Source: a candidate division WOR-3 bacterium
Lineage (GTDB): Bacteria; Hydrothermota; Tepidihabitantia; Tepidihabitantales; DTDR01
Direction of reading: 5' to 3'
DNA: 11,688 bases
NCBI GenBank assembly: GCA_039801885.1
Contig: JBDRVN010000049.1
Location: forward strand, 1-11,688
The notes under the pieces are model-generated. The model did no database searches, was not told the DNA's origin, and saw only the letters and a list, made by a program, of their open reading frames with translations. Within the stretch, counting starts at the first letter, position 1; each line of letters starts with the position of its first letter. A program made the translations under genes and the position numbers. Shown here in pieces: positions 5,057 to 11,688 of the stretch.

Positions 5057-7153
5057 TTAAATTATGATAAGTTTTCTAAAAAGATTTTTCTCTTTTATTA
5101 AGAGATAGTAAACACCTCTCTTTGGTCTATTCTTATCTACATTCCTTCCGTTGACATCATAGATTTCTATATTTCTATTTTCTTTTATAAGATTTTTGAT
5201 AAATAAATGGAAGTTCCTTTGTTTGATAACTAAGTAATTCTCTTCGCTTATTGCTGTCAAGGTAACATAGAAGATTTCTTCTATTTTATCATTATTAGGA
5301 TTCATATCATTATCTAATCTTGTTGAACATTTAGCGACATATTGACCGGTATCAGCAGCATACCATAAGGAATCAAAAGTAATATCAATCTCGTTATTGG
5401 CGCTTATTGCTATTCTTTTCTGAGTCTGCCAGTTATTTATTGTGAAGATAATATCAAACTCTTCTCTGAGATTACCAAAATTTTTTATCCTTGCCTTTGG
5501 TTGAATATAAGTTCCTTGGTTAATATAGCCGATTGGTTCAATTATTCTTATAACACCAACATCTCTCACCCGGACAAATACTCTTCCTTCTTTGAAATTA
5601 TTTGTTGGTCTTTCGTCGGTAATAAGCAAGGTTGTGCATTTGTAATATTGATAATTTCTTGCTTTTAAGGTGCAAGGGTTAAAATAGACTATTTGGGTAT
5701 CGTTAGGATTTAAGGTTATTGTTTTTATATCGGTATAAAAATCACCACAGGTTAATTTTAATTGGAAGTTCTCTTGAAATTGGCCATAATTTTTTATTAA
5801 GGCATCCGGATAGATAACTGAATTAGAATCACTGATAGAAGGAAAACCAGAAATTCTCTCCACTCCGATATCGTGTAAAATTCTAATATTAGCTTGGTAG
5901 CTAAAATTGAGTTGATAACCAATACCGTATTCCCAATGGGCAACAATTGGTATTAAAGTAAAATTATTTTCCAATCGCCAATCAAAAGAGTCCTGTCCTT
6001 GTGCTTGGTTATTTAAATTTATCTCATAAATTTGGGGTTCTTCTCTTTGATAACCAATAACAATTGCTTTCCAATTAAAGCCATCATCACCATCAAAAGA
6101 GATAAATAATTTACCTCCGCCGTTAATAAATTGGATATAATCACAACCACCAGGAACAACCGGTTCATAAGATATTGAGTTTCCCGAAGTAGGATATGAA
6201 TTATGGATTCTCATCATAGAAACACTAGGCCATAAATTGCCTTCTTTAAAAAATCTTATGGTATCAGCCCGACTACCAGTGAAATATCGCCAAATTCCAT
6301 AATCTTTTAAGGCATCGTTGAAAGAACTACTATAGAAATTTCTTAGAACATAGTCAAAGGCTTCTAAGGTATTACCGCCAGCAATTTGTCCTTGCCGCTC
6401 CCAAATTTTTCTTAAACAATCTCGATCATATCTATCTTCTAAAAACATTGCCCAAATTCCACCAGCATATTGAAAAAGTCCGCCTTGGGTAAAGGTATTA
6501 ATTGGATAATAAGGTGTTGTCAATGGTCCGGGCGAAGTTGATAGATAACTAAGATAACTATTTATATCTTCAAAGCAGACATCTTCCATCCAAGTAGAAG
6601 TATTTTCATACCAGAAATTATCTTCCTGACTACTAAAACGAAATTGTAAGGCATGATTAAACTCGTGGGCACAGACAATTTTTAAGAAACCACCAATACT
6701 TAAATCATTACCAACAGCAATATAAGAAGTAGCACCATTCGGATAAGGGTCGGGATAGTCATATTCCGGGGCACAATAACCAGCAATACCTTGGGGCATT
6801 GCGTGGATATAAACATCAAATCGGTTGTCTCCGCCTAAACCATAATCCGGTGGTGGCTCTGGCCAATTTAAGGTATCAATCTGCTTTGCCCAAGAATAAC
6901 TAATATAAGAAGCAACCGATTCGGCATAAGCTTGCGTAACGGCATGCTGACCGGTTCTTGTATAATGAACCCGAAATCGCGTTCTTTCAATATATTCTTC
7001 ATTTGGTAATTGTGGTCTTTGTAATTTCTTTCCTGCCTCAAAATCTAATAATGCCGGAATTGTATAACACCAATCACCAGTGGGTTTATCAATCTCTTTT
7101 GCGATTATTCCATAAAAACTAAATAAAATTAATAAGATAAAAATTTTTTTCAT
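5057..7153 (-). CDS. Secreted HEXXH zinc metalloprotease (MXAN_6640-like) with two CARDB/Ig-like repeats and a T9SS-like C-terminal sorting domain
   Basis: Signal peptide MKKIFILLILFSFYGIIA. Motifs FRVHY, PPPD..GGDNRFDVYI, CAHEFNHALQF (HEFNH 6653-6667) and a downstream WYENTSTWMED with the likely third ligand. Tail IEIYDVNGRNV...GVYYL...KLIII. Confidence 0.85.
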   Translation of the reverse strand: MKKIFILLILFSFYGIIAKEIDKPTGDWCYTIPALLDFEAGKKLQRPQLPNEEYIERTRFRVHYTRTGQHAVTQAYAESVASYISYSWAKQIDTLNWPEPPPDYGLGGDNRFDVYIHAMPQGIAGYCAPEYDYPDPYPNGATSYIAVGNDLSIGGFLKIVCAHEFNHALQFRFSSQEDNFWYENTSTWMEDVCFEDINSYLSYLSTSPGPLTTPYYPINTFTQGGLFQYAGGIWAMFLEDRYDRDCLRKIWERQGQIAGGNTLEAFDYVLRNFYSSSFNDALKDYGIWRYFTGSRADTIRFFKEGNLWPSVSMMRIHNSYPTSGNSISYEPVVPGGCDYIQFINGGGKLFISFDGDDGFNWKAIVIGYQREEPQIYEINLNNQAQGQDSFDWRLENNFTLIPIVAHWEYGIGYQLNFSYQANIRILHDIGVERISGFPSISDSNSVIYPDALIKNYGQFQENFQLKLTCGDFYTDIKTITLNPNDTQIVYFNPCTLKARNYQYYKCTTLLITDERPTNNFKEGRVFVRVRDVGVIRIIEPIGYINQGTYIQPKARIKNFGNLREEFDIIFTINNWQTQKRIAISANNEIDITFDSLWYAADTGQYVAKCSTRLDNDMNPNNDKIEEIFYVTLTAISEENYLVIKQRNFHLFIKNLIKENRNIEIYDVNGRNVDKNRPKRGVYYLLIKEKNLFRKLIII
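5258..5875 (-). repeat. Two tandem ~103-aa CARDB-like domains inside the metalloprotease
   Basis: HDIGVERI...PDALIKNYG...DERPTNN starts at 5875 and RDVGVIRI...PKARIKNFG...DMNPNND starts at 5566, 309 bp apart. Confidence 0.75.
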
Positions 7154-7187
7154 AAAAATATTTTAATAAAAATTTTTATAATTACAA

Positions 7188-8969
7188 TTAATCAATCAAC
7201 CAATTCAATCTCTTTTCGTTTAAATATTCATCAAAGAATATAATATTTAAAAGAAATTTTTTCTTTTCTATTTCTAAAAGAAATTCTTCTTCTTTATCAT
7301 CAAAAATTCCATCCAAAGGCAAGATTTTCTCTTCTTTTTCATTATCGAGAGAATAATAAAACCCTTTAACAATTGATAAAGAATCAATAATTTTTATTTC
7401 GAACTGATATTTATCTCCTTTCTTTTTCTTATTAAAGGAAATCAATTTTGGTGGGGTATTATCAATTAAGAATTCATTCGAGATAATCGAATCTTTTAAG
7501 GCTTCACTTTTTATTTGGGTTATTTCGTCACTGGTTATCAATTTTATTTTATAATAACCATCAGGCAAAATTTTGCTATCAAATTTATATTCATTCTCTT
7601 TAATATCTTTTGTTAAGAGGAACCAATTTTTATCATTCGCTATTTGATAATATAAATTATGAATTAAAGAATCGTTATTCGGGTCAAAAACTTCATATTT
7701 TATTACTTTTATTTTTGGATTTTCCGAATCCACTTCAATATTAATTGTTTTTATCTTTGGTGGTTGGTTGAGATTTTTATAAAAATATCTTATTTTTTTA
7801 ATAATTGGCGGTTCTTTCTCTCTTTTTAGTTTTATTAGATATTGGAAATAACGATTTTTTGGGCTTCCTATTTTGTTATCTTTTAATTTTTCAAAATCAG
7901 ACCAGGTCTCATCAATAATACCATTACCGCCACTTCTTGTATAAACTTCGTAAGAAGAAAATAAAGGTAAATAACTTTCAATTTCCATCTTGCCAAACTG
8001 CGAGATAAATTTTAAATCAATAATTGGTGATAAATAATTTCCTTCTTTTGCTAATTCCTGTGTTAATTTATATGTTTTTGGTGGATAACCAGTGGTTAAA
8101 TAAATCTCTTTTCCATAAGGTAAAATTTTTGTTATTGCTTCACAATCAAAGCCATAAATTAAATAATAATTCTTTTCCGGAATAATTTTATATAAAATAT
8201 TATCGCTACCAGAAACAAATAACGTCTCATTTTTTATTGCCAAAGAAAATAAAGTGGAACAGGAAAAAGAAAAAATCTCTTTTAATTCCTTTTTTACCTT
8301 ATCAAATGAATATAAAGAAGGTAATTTTTTATTAGAATTGGTGATAAAATATAGAATATTATCTTTTAGAACGATATCTTTAATCTCTTCTTCTTCACAA
8401 TCTAAAAGAAGTTTTAAATCTTTTGGGTTATTAATTGATAATTGGTAAAGATATGCCTTTGGGGAGGTGCCAATATATAATGTCTCTTTATTTAATGTTA
8501 ATGCCGAAATATTCTCATCTGGAATTTCTTGTAATAATTTCTTTTCTTTACCAATCTGATAGATTATTGCTGGATAAGATGTTCCGATAAAAATATTCTT
8601 GTTATAAGAAATCATTTTTAAAATATTACTAGCCGGAATTTTATGTCGCTTGATTATTTTATTATCTTTTAATTGGAAAACCAAACTTTCTGGCGATAAA
8701 CCAAAATACAGGTATTCTCCATCAGTAGTTAAAGCAAAGATATTTCCTTCTTTTTCTTCATAGATTATTTTATCATTATGATAAATCTTCTCACCGGTGG
8801 TTAAAAAAAACCCTTTTTTTGAACCAATAAAATCATAGATAAAAGTTCCTTCTATCCTTAAAACCTCTTCAATCTTTGGTGAGAGATAGATCATTGAATC
8901 CTTATCAATCATTATCTGAAAGTTTTCTTTCTTGCTTAAAAGAAATAAAAGAAAAATTAAAATCTTCAT
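7188..8969 (-). CDS. Exported beta-propeller protein with C-terminal beta-sandwich (FN3/Ig-like) domains; putative partner of the S55 peptidase
   Basis: Hydrophobic N-terminus MKILIFLLFLLS. Recurrent blade motifs (IFALTTDGEYLYFGLSP, IFIGTSYP, ISALTLNKETLYIGTSP, IYLTTGYP). Later GNYLSPIID, TRSG..WSDF, SPKNRYFQY, NQPP, DPNNDSL, LPDGYYKIKL, IDNTPP and PLDGIFD. ATGA overlap with the upstream gene. Confidence 0.7.
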   Translation of the reverse strand: MKILIFLLFLLSKKENFQIMIDKDSMIYLSPKIEEVLRIEGTFIYDFIGSKKGFFLTTGEKIYHNDKIIYEEKEGNIFALTTDGEYLYFGLSPESLVFQLKDNKIIKRHKIPASNILKMISYNKNIFIGTSYPAIIYQIGKEKKLLQEIPDENISALTLNKETLYIGTSPKAYLYQLSINNPKDLKLLLDCEEEEIKDIVLKDNILYFITNSNKKLPSLYSFDKVKKELKEIFSFSCSTLFSLAIKNETLFVSGSDNILYKIIPEKNYYLIYGFDCEAITKILPYGKEIYLTTGYPPKTYKLTQELAKEGNYLSPIIDLKFISQFGKMEIESYLPLFSSYEVYTRSGGNGIIDETWSDFEKLKDNKIGSPKNRYFQYLIKLKREKEPPIIKKIRYFYKNLNQPPKIKTINIEVDSENPKIKVIKYEVFDPNNDSLIHNLYYQIANDKNWFLLTKDIKENEYKFDSKILPDGYYKIKLITSDEITQIKSEALKDSIISNEFLIDNTPPKLISFNKKKKGDKYQFEIKIIDSLSIVKGFYYSLDNEKEEKILPLDGIFDDKEEEFLLEIEKKKFLLNIIFFDEYLNEKRLNWLID

Positions 8970-10585
8970 TTTTCCTCCTTAATTTCAAAAGTTAAGATTT
9001 TCGAATTGCTAATAAAATAATTAAAAACTTCATCTTTTTCGTAATAAATTGTTAAAGGAGAAGTTTCGGAAAAACTTTTCTCTTTTAATCTTTTTAATGA
9101 TAAAGGCAGGGAATAGCTAAAATCTTTTAAAACTACTCCGGTTGCTTGGGAATAGATTGCCAATTTTAATATATCTCCCCTTTTTCTCTTTTTAATATTC
9201 TCCAAAATTTTTGGAAAAGTTTTCTCTTCTTTTAAAGGAAAGAGAGCAAGAAGTTCATCAGGATTGCCAACAAAAAGAAAGTATTGAGCAGGGGAGAGAT
9301 TAATTTTTAAAACTATCTCTTTATCAAAAACCTTGCCTTCAAAGTCTTGAAAAGTTATTTTAATTTTTAATTCATCTTCTGGTAAAAAACGGGTTTTATT
9401 TAAATTTATATCTAAAATTTTTGCTGCCTTCTTTTCGGCTATAATTTCACTTTCAATTTCGCAATCTTCGATTGTTATCTTTTCTAAGGGATTTTCTAAA
9501 ATAGTTTTTAAATCATTGTAAAAATCATAAAGTTCCCAACTTTTCGGTTCATCACTAACAGTTATTTTTTCATAACTAAATTCTTGTTTTTTATCTTTTA
9601 AAAAGAATTTTAGTTTTATTTTATTTTTGATAGTATAGGAAAGAAGGGTTTTCGTAGTAAAAGAAGAATAAGAAGAAGATAGGCAGATCGGCAATAAGAA
9701 AGGGATTAGTTTATAATGATTACAAATCTCATAATTAAAAATCTCTTTTTTATTATTATCACTAACTTTTATTCTTAAAGGAATTTTCTTTGCCTTTTTA
9801 TTTAAAACTCCTTTTATTGCTGTTTGGTAATCGTAGTTTATAATACCAATCTCTTTTACTGGCGAGAAGAGTTTAAAAGAATTATCATAGGCGGGCATTA
9901 CACAATGGATTTTCCCTAAAACCAAAGGCAATTCTAATTCACCAAAATTAAATAAGGGATGACCAAAGGCATAAATAGTATCCTTATTAATATAAGTTAA
10001 TGTGCCAATCGCCGCGGCTTTCAAATCACCATCAATAAAAGTTGCGCCCACGGCATAACCCAAGGAAGGTTCAATTTCAATATCTTCCTTTTCTCCTTTG
10101 CCCATTGGTAGAAATATTGGTTTGATATTTTCTGGAAAGATTTGTTTGAAAAGTTCCAATGTTCTTTTATCTAAATTGCTACTTAAAGCGATGGGAAGGG
10201 TATAATTTCTTATTGGCAAATTTCTTCCTTTCGGGAAACTTTCTGGATAAAGCATCTCGGAAATTGGTGTAATGCCACAGATTGGTTCCTTTTGAAATTC
10301 CCAAGCATAGGCAACTGCGCCAATTAATTTATCATTAATAAATACCGGACTTCCTGACATACCGCTAACGACACCACTATTCTCTAAATTCTGTCTTGAT
10401 AATTTGGCAATAATTAAATTTCTTTTTGGTTCCACATCTTTCATCACATCAATAATCTCACATTCAAAAGTATCAGGTAAAATACCAAAAAAAGTGGAAA
10501 GACCGTAACCTTTCATTTTTGGTTTTATACTATCTAAATCCATAATTGGAATATTAAATAGCAAGAAAATTATCAAAACTCCCAT
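8966..10585 (-). CDS. SpoIVB/peptidase S55-like serine peptidase with a long C-terminal extension
   Basis: GVVSGMSGSPVFINDKLIGAVAY (GMSGSPV 10343-10363) and AAIGTLTY...YAFGHP (His codon 9959-9961). ATG 10585 is preferred over 10597 because GGGGA lies upstream and a hydrophobic stretch (GVLIIFLLF) follows. Confidence 0.85.
   Translation of the reverse strand: MGVLIIFLLFNIPIMDLDSIKPKMKGYGLSTFFGILPDTFECEIIDVMKDVEPKRNLIIAKLSRQNLENSGVVSGMSGSPVFINDKLIGAVAYAWEFQKEPICGITPISEMLYPESFPKGRNLPIRNYTLPIALSSNLDKRTLELFKQIFPENIKPIFLPMGKGEKEDIEIEPSLGYAVGATFIDGDLKAAAIGTLTYINKDTIYAFGHPLFNFGELELPLVLGKIHCVMPAYDNSFKLFSPVKEIGIINYDYQTAIKGVLNKKAKKIPLRIKVSDNNKKEIFNYEICNHYKLIPFLLPICLSSSYSSFTTKTLLSYTIKNKIKLKFFLKDKKQEFSYEKITVSDEPKSWELYDFYNDLKTILENPLEKITIEDCEIESEIIAEKKAAKILDINLNKTRFLPEDELKIKITFQDFEGKVFDKEIVLKINLSPAQYFLFVGNPDELLALFPLKEEKTFPKILENIKKRKRGDILKLAIYSQATGVVLKDFSYSLPLSLKRLKEKSFSETSPLTIYYEKDEVFNYFISNSKILTFEIKEEK
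8974..8980 (-). promoter_or_regulatory. Shine-Dalgarno AAGGAGG for the 8969 gene, embedded in the end of the S55 gene
   Basis: + strand CCTCCTT reads AAGGAGG on the - strand, 4 nt before ATG 8969. Confidence 0.75.
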
Positions 10586-11142
10586 TTCTTTCCCCATTCA
10601 TTTAAAAAAACAAACTCTTTTAATTCCTTTCTCTTTTTACTTTGGGCAAAGGTTTTAATTGTCTTTCCTAAAAGATTCTCCTCTTTGGGATAACCCAATG
10701 GTGTTAAAGCAATAATTCGGAAATCCTTTGGTATCTTTAAAATTTCTTTTAAATATTCTTCATCAAAACCACCAATCCAACAGGTTCCTAAACCCAAGGC
10801 GGTAGCTGCTAATATGAGATGTTCCATTGCGATTGCGCAATCAACTAAAAAATAGTCAAGGCCGGCACGGGTTCCTGATAATTCTTTTTTAGAAACCAAG
10901 ATAATAATTACCGGCGCTTTCTTTAAAAAGATATTAATATTCAAAGTTAATGGTCGGAATTCAGAAATCTTTTTTATCAGCTCTTTATCTTTCACCACAA
11001 TAAAATACCAAGGTTGGCGATTCTGCCAAGAAGGTGCTAATCTGGCTGCTTCTAAAATTTTCTTTATCTTCTCTTCTTCTATTTCTTTATCAGAAAAATT
11101 TCTTACTGAATGGCGAGCAGAGATAACCTCAAAGAAATCCAT
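10573..11142 (-). CDS. Nitroreductase-family flavoprotein
   Basis: MDFFEVISARHSVRNF, AARLAPSWQNRQPWYFIVV, LAATALGLGTCWIGGF and LGYP. The true start is probably ATG 11142, which overlaps the lepB stop as TAATG, rather than 11172. Confidence 0.92.
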   Translation of the reverse strand: MDFFEVISARHSVRNFSDKEIEEEKIKKILEAARLAPSWQNRQPWYFIVVKDKELIKKISEFRPLTLNINIFLKKAPVIIILVSKKELSGTRAGLDYFLVDCAIAMEHLILAATALGLGTCWIGGFDEEYLKEILKIPKDFRIIALTPLGYPKEENLLGKTIKTFAQSKKRKELKEFVFLNEWGKKWEF

Positions 11143-11687
11143 TATCTTAATATCTGACCAATCCGCTCCCAACGAATCTTAAAAGGTGAGAAGATAATTC
11201 TTAACAAATTGGGACCGGCATCGGATGAAAAATAGATAACTAAAGGTTTTCCTTTTAGATATTTGATATGTAAAGGTCCCCAAAATCGGGAATCTTCGGA
11301 ATTATCTCGGTTATCACCCATAACAAAGATACAGCTTTCGGGAACGACGACCGGTCCAAAATTATCCCTTACTAATATACCATAATTTCTATCTTTAATA
11401 AAATTTAAATCCAGCCATAGTTTTGTAAATTCTTCCATACTTTTATTACCTATCCCAGAAGTGATAAAATAATCTTTATGGACCGCATAAGTATCAGGCT
11501 GTAAAACACCATTAACATAAAGTTTTTTATTCCTAATTTCTACGGTATCGCCACTTAAAGCAACACACCTTTTAATAAAATTTCTTGGTGCATAATAGAC
11601 AAAGAAATTTTTTTCCTTTGACCAATAAAAGGGTAGTAAAGGAAACCATTTAGGAAAAATCCTTACATATTTCTCTTCCGGTTGAGG
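11142..11687 (-). CDS. lepB: Signal peptidase I, 5'-truncated by the window edge
   Basis: The frame is open from 11687: PQPEEKY...NFIKRCVALSGDTVEIRNKKLYVNG (catalytic Lys codon 11571-11573)...FVMGDNRDNSEDSRFWG. The listed 98-aa ORF is only the C-terminal half. Confidence 0.95.
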   Translation of the reverse strand, partial: PQPEEKYVRIFPKWFPLLPFYWSKEKNFFVYYAPRNFIKRCVALSGDTVEIRNKKLYVNGVLQPDTYAVHKDYFITSGIGNKSMEEFTKLWLDLNFIKDRNYGILVRDNFGPVVVPESCIFVMGDNRDNSEDSRFWGPLHIKYLKGKPLVIYFSSDAGPNLLRIIFSPFKIRWERIGQILR

Positions 11688-11688
11688 C

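Noticed and set aside
4883..5101. 72-aa + strand ORF in the junction
   Set aside because: TTG start, no SD, Phe/Leu/Asn-rich composition typical of T-rich non-coding DNA, and it overlaps the metalloprotease 3' end.
8254..8448. 64-aa + strand ORF
   Set aside because: Antisense shadow inside the propeller gene.
8966..10585. Naming the S55 gene spoIVB or inferring sporulation
   Set aside because: Domain order differs, no PDZ domain is visible, no sporulation genes are nearby, and the organism appears diderm.

Overview
AT-rich bacterial chromosomal segment with two convergent gene blocks that meet at a ~420-bp non-coding region (4636-5056). The + strand block (1-4635) encodes the 3' part of a BNR/Asp-box beta-propeller protein with a short T9SS-like tail, an outer-membrane beta-barrel, a CxxC thioredoxin-like protein, an NrdG-type radical-SAM activase, an M28/M20/M42-like metallopeptidase, a class I SAM methyltransferase and a compositionally foreign winged-helix + PD-(D/E)XK nuclease. 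The - strand block (11688-5057) encodes the 3' part of signal peptidase I (lepB), a nitroreductase, a SpoIVB/S55-like serine peptidase, a beta-propeller/beta-sandwich partner, and a secreted HEXXH metalloprotease with two CARDB-like repeats and a T9SS-like tail. The gene content suggests a diderm FCB-related lineage such as WOR-3 (inference only). Three things stand out. (1) The S55 peptidase has its catalytic halves in the reverse order to Bacillus SpoIVB, has no visible PDZ domain, and is translationally coupled to a large exported propeller protein in a lepB operon. (2) The stand-alone nuclease is a candidate acquired defence gene. (3) The junction holds a dif-like 28-mer, paired palindromic/IHF-like repeats, a GC-rich hairpin and an orphan extended -10 promoter. 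No rRNA, tRNA, CRISPR array or transposase was found. All family assignments come from motif recognition by eye, not from database searches.
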